From the NCBI GenBank assembly GCA_018304615.1, contig JAGVVV010000010.1, positions 26,000 to 89,999 of the forward strand: a stretch of DNA of 64,000 nucleotides, read 5' to 3'. The notes beneath the pieces are model-generated. The model did not search any database. It was not told the DNA's origin and saw only the letters and a program-made list of their open reading frames with translations. The DNA comes from Candidatus Aenigmatarchaeota archaeon. GTDB lineage: Archaea; Aenigmatarchaeota; Aenigmatarchaeia; CG10238-14; SCSR01. This document shows, piece after piece, positions 28,797 through 38,703 of this stretch (within the stretch, counting starts at the first letter, position 1; the number at the start of each line of letters is the position of its first letter). Both the position numbers and the translations under genes were made by a program.

Positions 28797-30314
28797 ATGG
28801 ATGCAAGAAAAAAAGTATTTTCTAACGTCGCTTACCTTTCCTTTGACTGGGGATTTGTGGCCCTGATATCCCTCGTTTTTTCCTTCGTCCTATGGAAGAC
28901 TCTTTTACCCAACCAATACGGAATTATAGCAACAACAATCAATTTTACCACTATAGTTTCCACATTCTCTCTTCTTGGATTTTCGAGTGCTCTCCCGAAG
29001 TTGATATCAGAATATCTCCAGAAAAAAAACTTCAAAACAGTCAATGAGCTCATCAGATTTTCTATAAAAATAATCCTCGTTGCCGCTATTTTGCTTTCTG
29101 CCTCCATACTTCTTACTCTAGATTTCGTCTCGAATTTTACCAATTTGCCTAAAGATGCCCTATTAATTGGAGCTGTGTCAGTTTTTGTCTTCACAGTCTA
29201 CAGTCTCTTTGCATCTATCCTCTCTGGTTTTCAGAACATGCGTTTGATTTTCGTAACAGATGTCGTCGGCTATTCTGTCAGAATTGTCTTGCTGCTCCTG
29301 TTGATTTTCATCGGCATGCAATACATGGGAGCCTTGATAGCAGTCCTAGTTTCATTCGCAATCATTTCTATCCTGCGGTTTAAAACAAGCTGGCTTCGAG
29401 GAGAGAAGAACCACATTGACAAAAAAACCATCCTATTCGATTATGCGTTCTCAGGTTTCGTCTCCTCCATCGCTCTTCTGGTTTTCTTCAATTCACAAAC
29501 AATCATCCTCTCTGTTTTGAAAAATCTTACAGAGGCTGGACTTTTCGGTACTGCCTTTACAATGGCCGTTCCAATTTATTCAATACCAAACATTCTTTCC
29601 GGTGGTCTTTTTCCCGTCACCTCCCAACTGTCAGCTAACAAAAAGGGAGGAAAGCAACAGAGCCAGCTGGTAAACTTGGTTTTGAAGTATTCACTTTTCA
29701 TAGTCGTTCCATTGATTGTTATTCTAGTCTTCTTTTCCAAACCGATAATCCTTCTTTTCTCTAGACCAGAGTACCTTGGCGCTTCCCAGCTTCTTCCGAT
29801 TGTCGCATTAGCTTCATTGGCAAACGGTATAGGCTCACTTTTCCTAAGCTCCCTGTACGCAATCAAAAGGCCAATCTTGTACAGGAACATAATAATTTTC
29901 AGTTCTCTAGTCTTCATCCTATTGGCGATAACCATGACAATACTCTGGTCATCTTACGGATTGTCCGTAGCTTACCTTGCATCGACTCTGCTGATGGCTG
30001 GCATCACTTTCATTTTTCTGAAAAAACATCTGTCAATGAAATTTCCATTTTCAGACATTGGAAAAATTATCCTTGCCTCTATTGCATTGTATGTAACTCT
30101 TTTTTTGATTGATTTCCTTTCGGTATCTACCACATTTAAATTAATTCTGGCTTCCATAGGCGGGCTGATTTATTTAATCTCGTTAATTCCTCTGAGATTC
30201 TATGGAGAGAACGAAGTCCAAATTCTGAAATACGCGTCTGACAAAATGCCAAGGATGAAGAAGTATTTCAACTTTATAATCAGGATTATTTCAAACAAAG
30301 TTCCCCAGGATTAA
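28797..30314 (+). CDS. Wzx/AglR-like oligosaccharide flippase (MOP family)
   Basis: About 14 TM segments; YGII..LGFSSALPKLISEY, GLFP. Confidence 0.85.
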   Translation: MDARKKVFSNVAYLSFDWGFVALISLVFSFVLWKTLLPNQYGIIATTINFTTIVSTFSLLGFSSALPKLISEYLQKKNFKTVNELIRFSIKIILVAAILLSASILLTLDFVSNFTNLPKDALLIGAVSVFVFTVYSLFASILSGFQNMRLIFVTDVVGYSVRIVLLLLLIFIGMQYMGALIAVLVSFAIISILRFKTSWLRGEKNHIDKKTILFDYAFSGFVSSIALLVFFNSQTIILSVLKNLTEAGLFGTAFTMAVPIYSIPNILSGGLFPVTSQLSANKKGGKQQSQLVNLVLKYSLFIVVPLIVILVFFSKPIILLFSRPEYLGASQLLPIVALASLANGIGSLFLSSLYAIKRPILYRNIIIFSSLVFILLAITMTILWSSYGLSVAYLASTLLMAGITFIFLKKHLSMKFPFSDIGKIILASIALYVTLFLIDFLSVSTTFKLILASIGGLIYLISLIPLRFYGENEVQILKYASDKMPRMKKYFNFIIRIISNKVPQD

Positions 30315-31316
30315 AACAAACATCAATCCCGAGGCAACAATCTGGACAAGCATCATGACCATCGTCACACTTTCTTCTTTCATCGGCCTTATGTTAAGAA
30401 GAAGGTGAGTCCAAGAATAGATTTTCTTTCCGTATGGCGGATCTAATTTCCCATCAGATCTCAATTTACCAAAACATTCGGCCTTGAATTTCGATCTCGC
30501 TTTCAAGAAGAATTCAATCACAAATGGAATCAGCACCAGTGCCGCAGCCTTTTCAAAGTTTCCGATTATCGCTGAGACTATTAAAACTATACCAATCATG
30601 TGGGTGAGAGAATCTCCAGGCCATATTTTCGCCGGATACCAGTTGAATGATAAAAATGCAAACAGGCTTGCTGCAAAAGAGAGGAGCAAAGTAGCTACCA
30701 GATAGTTCCCACGCAAGAGCGCGAATATACCCAAGGAAATCGCCCCGATAGTTCCCATCCCTGCCTCCAAACCGTTAAACCCACCAAGTAAATTGACCGA
30801 TTCGGAAGCGAAGACTACCATAAGAGGAACAGCAACCAATGGGTAGAGTATTCCGAAATTCACTGGTCCGAAAAGAGGGATGTTTACAATCGTCGATCCA
30901 GCACTTACGGCCATTAAAGGCAGTGCTGCTGGTAATATCAAAAGTGGCCTCACCCACTGCTTGAATCCTATCCTCTTGAATTTTTTAACTCTATCCTTTA
31001 TCAAAACAGTTAGGTCGTCAAATATTCCAATCAAAAGCACTATAGTTATCGAGAACAGGGCAGCAAAAACACTAACTAACAAATTAGGACTAACATGTAT
31101 TGAAAAAACATAGAATCCTATCGTCAAGAACATGGCCGCGATTATTCCTATGAATACAGGCGGTCCTCCCATCTCCGGTATGTAAACGTCTTTCTTGTGC
31201 GCGTCCTTACCAAAAACATTAATGTTTCGTAGGAATCTGATGAATATCCTTGTAGAAAAATGGGTAATGAGAAACGCCAGGACAACAGAAACAATCAATA
31301 CCAATATTTCTATCAT
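30291..31316 (-). CDS. UDP-GlcNAc:dolichyl-phosphate GlcNAc-1-phosphate transferase (AglH/Alg7-like)
   Basis: GKDAHK, IPEMGG, GIFDD, NLLGGFNGLEAG, FNWYPAKIWPGDS; start ATG 31316. Confidence 0.9.
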   Translation of the reverse strand: MIEILVLIVSVVLAFLITHFSTRIFIRFLRNINVFGKDAHKKDVYIPEMGGPPVFIGIIAAMFLTIGFYVFSIHVSPNLLVSVFAALFSITIVLLIGIFDDLTVLIKDRVKKFKRIGFKQWVRPLLILPAALPLMAVSAGSTIVNIPLFGPVNFGILYPLVAVPLMVVFASESVNLLGGFNGLEAGMGTIGAISLGIFALLRGNYLVATLLLSFAASLFAFLSFNWYPAKIWPGDSLTHMIGIVLIVSAIIGNFEKAAALVLIPFVIEFFLKARSKFKAECFGKLRSDGKLDPPYGKKIYSWTHLLLNIRPMKEESVTMVMMLVQIVASGLMFVLILGNFV

Positions 31317-31386
31317 AAACAATAATTGAAGCCTCGAGCTTAATAGATTTATTTTTAATATTGGTATCAATTGGTAGAGTGGTATT

Positions 31387-32265
31387 GTGAAGAAACTATT
31401 GGTATCGGGAGCGTCAGGATTCATAGGCAGTAACCTCTCCCGCCTGCTGAAAGACAAATATAATGTGATTGGTTTAGTGAGAGACGCAAGCAAAATTGAA
31501 AATGAAATAGGTTCTTTTCAAATAGATTTGACAAAACAGATTGAAAATTTACCGAATGCAGATTATTTAGTCCATCTCGCAGCGCTCATAAGGCTGGAAC
31601 CTCCTCAAACTGACGAAGATCTTTACAAGGTAAATGCAATCGGAACTTTCAACTTGTTGTCTGCAGCAAAAAAATCTGGAATAGACAAAATCATCTACAT
31701 ATCAACAGTCGGTATTTACGGGAACAGAGAGTTCAATTCAAAAGAAGAAGACAAACCAAATCCCAGCAACACATACAGCTCTACCAAACTCATCGGAGAG
31801 GAGATCTGCAAGATTTTCGCTGAAAATTTTAATTTCAAGGTCATAGTTCTAAGGTTTAGCGGTGTTTATGGGGGAGGTAGAACTAGAGGAGTAATCTACA
31901 ACTCGCTCTCGCAGGCAATGAAAAACGAGGACATAGTAATCGAAAACACTGAGAACAGCACTTGGGATCCCGTCTATGTAAAGGATGTCGTTAAATCCAT
32001 ATCAAAATCCCTAGATTATCTAGATGAAATGGATGGTAATTTCATGATTTTCAACATAGGTCTTGGGCACCCAATCACCATAAAAAAAATAACCGATGAA
32101 ATCGTTTCTATCACCAATTCGAAATCCAAAGTCAGTTTTCTTGGCAGAGCTCCAGACGAACATTTTTCGATGGACATAACCAGAGCAAGGGCACTTTTGG
32201 AATTTGAACCAATGTCGATTGAGGAATCATTGAGAGATTTTTACGAGGAGCTGAAGCATGACTGA
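31387..32265 (+). CDS. NAD-dependent epimerase/dehydratase (extended SDR)
   Basis: GASGFIG, HLAA, YSSTK. Confidence 0.9.
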   Translation: MKKLLVSGASGFIGSNLSRLLKDKYNVIGLVRDASKIENEIGSFQIDLTKQIENLPNADYLVHLAALIRLEPPQTDEDLYKVNAIGTFNLLSAAKKSGIDKIIYISTVGIYGNREFNSKEEDKPNPSNTYSSTKLIGEEICKIFAENFNFKVIVLRFSGVYGGGRTRGVIYNSLSQAMKNEDIVIENTENSTWDPVYVKDVVKSISKSLDYLDEMDGNFMIFNIGLGHPITIKKITDEIVSITNSKSKVSFLGRAPDEHFSMDITRARALLEFEPMSIEESLRDFYEELKHD

Positions 32266-32938
32266 AGTAATAGTTTCCATTCACCAGCCAAATTACTTGC
32301 CATATTTAGGATTTTTTGACAAGATAAAACAGTCTGACGTCTTTGTGCTTCTCGATAACGTCCAGTTTCTAAGAGCTGATACAAAACATGGATTTTATCA
32401 CAGGAACAGGATAAGGACACCTCAAGGTTGGATGTGGTTGACTCTTCCTATAAAACGAGAGTTTAAAGTTAACATACACCAAGCAAAACTTGCCGACGAC
32501 AAATGGAAGGAAAAACATTGGAAGGCAATTAAATTCAATTATGAGAATTCTCCTTTCTGGTCAAAATACTCGCCTTTTCTTCAAGACTATTATCAAAAAG
32601 AACATAAGATTCTCAGTCAGGCAACAATACCTGTGATAAAGTGGATGGCTGAGCAACTAGGAATAAAGTGTAAAATACTAATCGCCTCTGAAATGGACCT
32701 GGATGAATCTTTACACGCTACTGATCGTTTGATAGAGATTATTAAAAAACTCGGTGGGACTACATACATAGCAGGGAAACTAGGAAAAGATTACATGGAA
32801 GTAGACAAATTCCCACAGAATGGAATAAAATTGGTCTTTCAGGATTACAAACATCCGGAATATAAACAAAATTTCTCTGGCTTCGTTCCATATTTATCTG
32901 CAATTGATTATCTATTTAACACTGGTGGGACTCTGTGA
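32258..32938 (+). CDS. WbqC-family protein
   Basis: IHQPNYLPYLGFFDK, RNRI, WLTLP, LSAIDYLFN. Confidence 0.9.
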   Translation: MTEVIVSIHQPNYLPYLGFFDKIKQSDVFVLLDNVQFLRADTKHGFYHRNRIRTPQGWMWLTLPIKREFKVNIHQAKLADDKWKEKHWKAIKFNYENSPFWSKYSPFLQDYYQKEHKILSQATIPVIKWMAEQLGIKCKILIASEMDLDESLHATDRLIEIIKKLGGTTYIAGKLGKDYMEVDKFPQNGIKLVFQDYKHPEYKQNFSGFVPYLSAIDYLFNTGGTL

Positions 32939-34041
32939 AAATACCTGGTGCAAGACCTTCCTTCAGCAAAGAAGACATAAATGAGATAGTCTCTCAAGTA
33001 ACAAAATCACTTGAAAGCGGGATACTCTCTTCAAGTACAAACGTGAAGGAGTTCGAAAAGCAATTCTCCAATTATGTCGGGCAAAAATATCCAATCGCTA
33101 CAAATTCTGGGACTTCAGCACTAGAGGCTTCTGTCAGAGCTCTTGACATCAAGAACAGTGAAATAATCGTTCCGACAAACACCTTCATAGCTTCTCCTAA
33201 CTCTATAATCAACTCCGGAAACATACCAGTTTTCGCGGACATGGAAGAGGACAGTTTTGCGATTAATCTTGGCAGTGTGAGGGAAAAAATAACGAAAAAC
33301 ACAAAAGCGGTGATGGTCGTACACATAGCAGGGCTTGTCCACCCTAAGATTGAAGAATTGAAGGAATTTTGCAAGGAGAAAGGACTGTATTTGATTGAAG
33401 ATTGCTCACATGTAGAAGGTGCAGAGTTGGGCAATAAAAAGGCTGGAACATTTGGAGACGTCAGCTGTTTTTCTTTCTATGCGACAAAGGTCATGACTTC
33501 AGGTGAAGGAGGAATTGTCCTTACCAACAATGAAGAAATCTACAACCGAGGTAGGATGTTCATCTCCCATGGAAGAAACTTTCAAAGCGATCAAGAGGAG
33601 TACATAGAAGTCGGTACTAACTTGAGGATGTCAGAACTCAATGCCATAGTCGGACTACAGCAGCTCAAACACCTCGAGGAATTCATCAAAAAAAGAAATG
33701 AGATAGTGAAAACTCTGAAAGAAAAACTCCAAGGCCTCCTTACATTCCAGGTTCATCCATCAAATGCAAAGCATTCTTACTACAAACTTCTAGGCGTTCA
33801 TCAAAAAGAAACTTTGGATTTAATAAAAACGATGAGGTCGAAATATGAAATAGAAGTCGCTTCACTTTATTATCCGCCTTGCCACCTACAACCTGTCTAC
33901 AGAAAACTAGGTCATAAAGAAGGCGAATGTCCTGTCGCAGAAAATGTTCTTAAGAGGCTGATAGCACTTCCTATTTTTGTTGACATGACAGAAGAGCAGA
34001 TGGATTTCTTGTCGTCTTCTATAAAAAAAGAACTTGCCTAA
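32935..34041 (+). CDS. DegT/DnrJ/EryC1/StrS sugar aminotransferase
   Basis: NSGTSAL, IEDCSH, FSFYATKVMTSGEGG (catalytic Lys). Confidence 0.93.
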   Translation: MKIPGARPSFSKEDINEIVSQVTKSLESGILSSSTNVKEFEKQFSNYVGQKYPIATNSGTSALEASVRALDIKNSEIIVPTNTFIASPNSIINSGNIPVFADMEEDSFAINLGSVREKITKNTKAVMVVHIAGLVHPKIEELKEFCKEKGLYLIEDCSHVEGAELGNKKAGTFGDVSCFSFYATKVMTSGEGGIVLTNNEEIYNRGRMFISHGRNFQSDQEEYIEVGTNLRMSELNAIVGLQQLKHLEEFIKKRNEIVKTLKEKLQGLLTFQVHPSNAKHSYYKLLGVHQKETLDLIKTMRSKYEIEVASLYYPPCHLQPVYRKLGHKEGECPVAENVLKRLIALPIFVDMTEEQMDFLSSSIKKELA

Positions 34042-34736
34042 ACGAGAATCCTGTGCACTTGGAAAGCTTCTGCGGCCTTTACCCCTACATCTATTCCTCT
34101 CATCTTCGCCAGAGTTCTAACTGCTTCTTCACTTATGTACTGTGGAAATGGCCTTAGCTGTGACTTGTAAAATGACAAAGCCTGACATTTGAAATCAATG
34201 AAATTTTCTATGTTCAAATAAAAATTAGGTTTGAACCCATCGCTACTAGCCCATTGGTTCTGGCCATATTCGTATGAAAGGACAATAGACTGAAAAGGTT
34301 TCAGTTCAGCTGGTCTTGGTCTGCATGCTCTCAGTGCAGCCTGATAGACAACCACATGATCCTGATGTGCGCTAGGAAAAGGAATTGCAACGATGTCTGG
34401 CTTTATTTTGTTCAATGCAAGCTTACTGTCCCGTTCTATTATGTCCATGAGTTTTAGTTGATTTAGAGTATCCAGTTTATTGTTGAATTCAGGCCCTAGG
34501 TTTATTTCGTAATCATCAATATTCATGAACTTCATCGCGTCTGCAGTCTCTTTCAAGAAGCCTTCAAGATTGTAAGTGCTTCCATAAAGAGGAGACACAC
34601 CAGCTGTCATTATCAGGACATAAACTTTCCCGCCTTCCTTCTTGACTTTGCCTATCAGCCCACCGCAACCCAAAACTTCGTCGTCTGGGTGCGGAGCTAC
34701 TACAAGCAACATTTTGTTTTTAAAAATTTCTTCCAT
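34038..34736 (-). CDS. PIG-L/LmbE-family N-acetyl-sugar deacetylase
   Basis: APHPDDEVLGCGG, HQDH, YKSQ, AEAF. Confidence 0.92.
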   Translation of the reverse strand: MEEIFKNKMLLVVAPHPDDEVLGCGGLIGKVKKEGGKVYVLIMTAGVSPLYGSTYNLEGFLKETADAMKFMNIDDYEINLGPEFNNKLDTLNQLKLMDIIERDSKLALNKIKPDIVAIPFPSAHQDHVVVYQAALRACRPRPAELKPFQSIVLSYEYGQNQWASSDGFKPNFYLNIENFIDFKCQALSFYKSQLRPFPQYISEEAVRTLAKMRGIDVGVKAAEAFQVHRILV

Positions 34737-34737
34737 A

Positions 34738-36045
34738 TCATCGTCTCGTTTTAATGAATCTTTCAAACGTATCTATTATAAAGTTTATTCTTTCGTCGTC
34801 AATTCCAGGGTGTACTCCAAGGAACAACCCATCACGCAGTATCTTGTCCGAATTTTTCATCTCCCCGGCAACTCTAAATCCATTCTCGAACTCTTTTGCC
34901 GCTTTGTGTTTTAAAATGTTTCCTGCAAGTATGGGTCTTGGTTCTATCTTGTGCTTTTCCAACCATTCAATCAATTCCAATCTACTGAACGGTGTTCCGT
35001 CCTTTATTATGAAAGGAAAACCGAACCAGTTCACATCTGAATTTTCTGGCCCAGAGCAAAAAATGAAATAATCTCCTAGAGAAGAAATTCCATTTACAAG
35101 TTTTTCAAAATTGTCTTTTCTTCTTTTGGTAAAATCAGGGAGCTTCCTCATCTGCACAAGTCCCATAGCTGCTTGGAATTCCATCGGCCTCACCTTGTAG
35201 CCGAATGTGTGAAAGGAAAAGTTCCTGTGAGTGTCTTCAGGCATTCCTTCATAAATTGAAAGAAGTTTGTGTGGGCAACTTCTCGTATCTACAAAATCAT
35301 TACACTTGTCGCACCACTGCCAAACTCCACCGTCCCTCATTGCTCTCGCATGTTTCATAATTTCTAGTTCATTCGTCACCAAAGCCCCTCCCTCCCCCAT
35401 TGTTATGTGATGAGGGACGTAGAATGAAAAAGTGCTGACATCTCCAAAAGATCCCACGTTTTTCCCATCGTACTTGCTTCCTAGAGCATCGCAACAATCT
35501 TCCATCACAACCAAATTCTTTTCTTCAGCAATATCCATAATCAGTTTCATATTGTTAGGGATTCCCATGGTATGCTGTGCAAGAATCATTTTTGTCTTGT
35601 CTCCTACAGAGTCTTTTAACTTTTCCTCATCAAAATTCAACGTCTTCAAATCCACATCCACAAAAACAGGTTTTATGCCATTATTCACCAACGGCCTGAA
35701 TGTCGTCGGAAATGTTATTGGGTTTACAATTACTTCATCCCCGTCTGTTATTTTTCCTGTCTTTATCAGAGATTCGATTGCCAGCAGATTTGCCGACGAA
35801 CCAGAATTTGTCAAAGCGCAATATTTCTGTCCGATGAAATTTGAAAGATTTGATTCGAACTCCTTCCCGTATTTTCCCATCGCAAACCAGCCATCCAGTA
35901 TGGCCTTGAACATCGCGTTTATCTCCTCATTATCGTAAGTGGCTTCTCCAATCTTTATCACAGTCTCTCCAGGCACAAATTTAGAATCCGCCTGTCGCTT
36001 CATCCACAACTCATTTACTAATTCATATATCCTATCTTCTTCCAT
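34738..36045 (-). CDS. RfbH/DdhC-like NDP-4-keto-6-deoxysugar 3-dehydratase
   Basis: NSGSSANL, EDCCDALG, SFYVPHHITMGEGG (His at the Lys position), Cys cluster WCDKC..SCPH. Confidence 0.85.
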   Translation of the reverse strand: MEEDRIYELVNELWMKRQADSKFVPGETVIKIGEATYDNEEINAMFKAILDGWFAMGKYGKEFESNLSNFIGQKYCALTNSGSSANLLAIESLIKTGKITDGDEVIVNPITFPTTFRPLVNNGIKPVFVDVDLKTLNFDEEKLKDSVGDKTKMILAQHTMGIPNNMKLIMDIAEEKNLVVMEDCCDALGSKYDGKNVGSFGDVSTFSFYVPHHITMGEGGALVTNELEIMKHARAMRDGGVWQWCDKCNDFVDTRSCPHKLLSIYEGMPEDTHRNFSFHTFGYKVRPMEFQAAMGLVQMRKLPDFTKRRKDNFEKLVNGISSLGDYFIFCSGPENSDVNWFGFPFIIKDGTPFSRLELIEWLEKHKIEPRPILAGNILKHKAAKEFENGFRVAGEMKNSDKILRDGLFLGVHPGIDDERINFIIDTFERFIKTRR

Positions 36046-36065
36046 CTATGAATCACATACTTATT

Positions 36066-36773
36066 TTAAAATTTATTCGTGAGATTCTTCTTGAACATAA
36101 ACTTAACGGCACACCAAGAGTAACTTAGCGCAACTTGACGTTTGAGATAAGAAGGTCTATCTGTCATGATGCAATTAGAAGGAATCTCTTCGATCCTCAT
36201 CCCCTTGCTCACCAAATCGCTAATCATGTCAGTTTCCACTAAAAATCTGTTAGACCATTTCTCTGGTTCCAACTTCTTCAGCGCCGCTTTTGTAATCGCA
36301 TGATAACCTGTCAAGAAATCTGTCAAATCATATCCGGTTGCCATCCTCCAAAGAAATGAAATCATTTTATTTCCCACACTCCTTCCAAATGTCATGGACT
36401 TCTGGTCACCCTTGAACCTCGAACCCAAAACATAATCTGCCTTGTCTTCAACCAACGGTTTTATCATAAGAGGAATCTCTGCTGGATCATGTTGCCCATC
36501 CCCATGTATTATGACTGCGATATCGCAATCACTTTTCATAAACTCCTTGTAGCCAGTTTTTATCGCTCCTCCAAGGCCTTTGTTTACCTTATGCTTTACA
36601 ACCTTGACCCCCATTTTTTTTACTACATTTATAGTTTGATCTTTTGAGCCGTCATCTACGACAACTATTTCATCGACATATTTTTTTATTTTTTTTAGCG
36701 CTTTCTCAATCCTAGGCTCTTCATTATACGCTGGAACCAATGCAAAAACTTTATGACTCATTATCCCACTCAC
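36066..36773 (-). CDS. GT2 glycosyltransferase (DPM-like; start likely ATG 36761)
   Basis: VPAYNEE, VVDDGSKD, HGDGQHDP, VLGSRF. Confidence 0.9.
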   Translation of the reverse strand: MSGIMSHKVFALVPAYNEEPRIEKALKKIKKYVDEIVVVDDGSKDQTINVVKKMGVKVVKHKVNKGLGGAIKTGYKEFMKSDCDIAVIIHGDGQHDPAEIPLMIKPLVEDKADYVLGSRFKGDQKSMTFGRSVGNKMISFLWRMATGYDLTDFLTGYHAITKAALKKLEPEKWSNRFLVETDMISDLVSKGMRIEEIPSNCIMTDRPSYLKRQVALSYSWCAVKFMFKKNLTNKF

Positions 36774-37672
36774 AGCAAATCTTTTTCTATCGCATCCGCC
36801 ACTCTAATTTTCGGTTCATACCCAAGAATTTTTTCTGCCTTTTCAAAACTAATCTTGTAGTTCTTATCTGTCATGTCTCCAGCTCTAGCTTCTTTTTGAA
36901 TAATCTCGACATTGTATCGTCTCTTGACAATCTCAGCCAATTCCATTATTGTTATGCTTTCAGGCCCGCTTACATTAAATGCTTCCCCAATTGATTTTTT
37001 GTTCTCAATTGACAGCATCGTCGCATTAGCTCCGTCGCTTGCATGAGTGAAAGTTCTAGGTTGCGACCCTCCTTCTACGACTAGCGGCTTGCCTTCCTTC
37101 CCATTGTTTACAAAAAGATTGATTATTCCATATCCATGTGGTCCATACATGTTCGAGAATCTAAGAATCGTCACTGGAATACCAAAGCTGTTGCTGTACG
37201 AGATAGCATATTTTTCCTGGGCAACCTTCGTAGCCCCGTACAAGGTGGTAGGATTGAGTGGATGATTTTCATCAATAGGATTGTATAACCCATTTCCGTA
37301 GACATGATTACTGCTTCCGACTATCAGTCTTCCTATGTTGTTTTTCCTTATCGCTTCCAGCGTATGGAGAAACCATTCTACATTCACATTATGAAACAAG
37401 AAAGGATTTGTGATTGAGTTTGCAACATCTATCAGGGCAAGGGCGTTGATTGCAACATCAGAATCTTTCAAAACAAAATCAAGACTTTCATTCGAAGAAA
37501 TCTTGTCATGTTTAAACTCTGCATTATTCTTTCTGTAAAGATCAGCAGCTTCATTTGGGTATTTGTCCGCCCCGTCGATTATCATTCCTTTAACTTCAAA
37601 ACCCCTTTCCATGAAAAATTTACTCAGGTTGATGCCTGAGAAACTCCCAGCACTCAGGATCGATATTTTCAT
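36770..37672 (-). CDS. NAD-dependent epimerase/dehydratase with atypical Gly motif
   Basis: SAGSFSG in place of GxxGxxG; YGATK; RFSNMYGP. Confidence 0.85.
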   Translation of the reverse strand: MKISILSAGSFSGINLSKFFMERGFEVKGMIIDGADKYPNEAADLYRKNNAEFKHDKISSNESLDFVLKDSDVAINALALIDVANSITNPFLFHNVNVEWFLHTLEAIRKNNIGRLIVGSSNHVYGNGLYNPIDENHPLNPTTLYGATKVAQEKYAISYSNSFGIPVTILRFSNMYGPHGYGIINLFVNNGKEGKPLVVEGGSQPRTFTHASDGANATMLSIENKKSIGEAFNVSGPESITIMELAEIVKRRYNVEIIQKEARAGDMTDKNYKISFEKAEKILGYEPKIRVADAIEKDLL

Positions 37673-38671
37673 CTATACATTCTCCTTTTCTCCTATCGGA
37701 CCCTTCGTGTAAAGCGCTTCTTGCATCTCCTTCTTCTTGAAAAGATACTTGTAATTGCTATACTTGGAAGATTTCCAATTCCTTATTGCACCGCTCTTGA
37801 AAAGATGAGTCATCTCATCCCACGTGTCTTTGAGCTCTTTCTTCGTCGCGAATCCGATAGAATTCATTTTTTCAGTTGATGCAGTATAATTTCTTTCATC
37901 AACAACCTTGTCAGAAACTTCATATTCCAAATCAGGCGCATGTCTTTTTATTTCCTCTACGAGGTCTTTTATCCTCATGTTTCTCCATGAGATGTTATAA
38001 ACTCCGTTGAGATTGTTGTCTAGCACAAATGCGAATGCGGCTGCTGCATCTTCAACGTTTATCCATGGCCTGCACTGTTCCGATCCGTACAAGGTTATTT
38101 TTTCCTTGTGGAATGCCTTTGCCATGAAAAGATTAACGGCCAGATCGAACCTCATTCTAGGCGACACACCGAAAGCCGTTCCTAATCTAAGTATTGCAAA
38201 ATTTTTCAGGTTGTTAGTTATCGCCGATTCAGACATGAGCTTAGTCTTTGCATAAAGGCTCAACGGGGTGTTTTGAGTAATCACATCATCCTCCTTCATG
38301 TCTTTCCCAGGATTATTCCCGTAGACAGAAGTTGTAGATGCAAAAATCATCTTCTTTCCGTAAATGTTACACAAATGGGCAATAGAGTTTGTTGACAAGA
38401 AGTTTATCCCGATTGTCGCATCCTGATTCAAGTCTGAAACTTCGTCTCCGACGATGCTAGCCAGATGAATCACCACGTCTGTGTTCTTGATTTCGTTCAG
38501 GAGCAGTTTCAAATCCCTTACATCCCCCTCAACGATTTTTACCTCTTCTGGCAGGGCCGTTTTATTACCGTATAGAAAATTATCCAAGACAGTCACTTCG
38601 TGTGAGTTTGCCAACTGCCTGCTAAGCAATTGACCTATGAAACCTGCTCCACCTGTGATGAGAACTTCCAT
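37673..38671 (-). CDS. NAD-dependent epimerase/dehydratase
   Basis: TGGAGFIG, HLASIVGD, YAKTK, RMRFDLAVN. Confidence 0.92.
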   Translation of the reverse strand: MEVLITGGAGFIGQLLSRQLANSHEVTVLDNFLYGNKTALPEEVKIVEGDVRDLKLLLNEIKNTDVVIHLASIVGDEVSDLNQDATIGINFLSTNSIAHLCNIYGKKMIFASTTSVYGNNPGKDMKEDDVITQNTPLSLYAKTKLMSESAITNNLKNFAILRLGTAFGVSPRMRFDLAVNLFMAKAFHKEKITLYGSEQCRPWINVEDAAAAFAFVLDNNLNGVYNISWRNMRIKDLVEEIKRHAPDLEYEVSDKVVDERNYTASTEKMNSIGFATKKELKDTWDEMTHLFKSGAIRNWKSSKYSNYKYLFKKKEMQEALYTKGPIGEKENV

Positions 38672-38703
38672 TTTTTCTACTCCGAAAATTCAAGCAATAA
38701 TTA

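Noticed and set aside
31317..31493. 59-aa N-terminal extension of the AglH-like ORF overlapping the divergent epimerase
   Set aside because: ORF-caller artefact; ATG 31316 gives a normal first TM helix. The extensions at 18233-18298 and 60295-60339 are rejected on the same grounds
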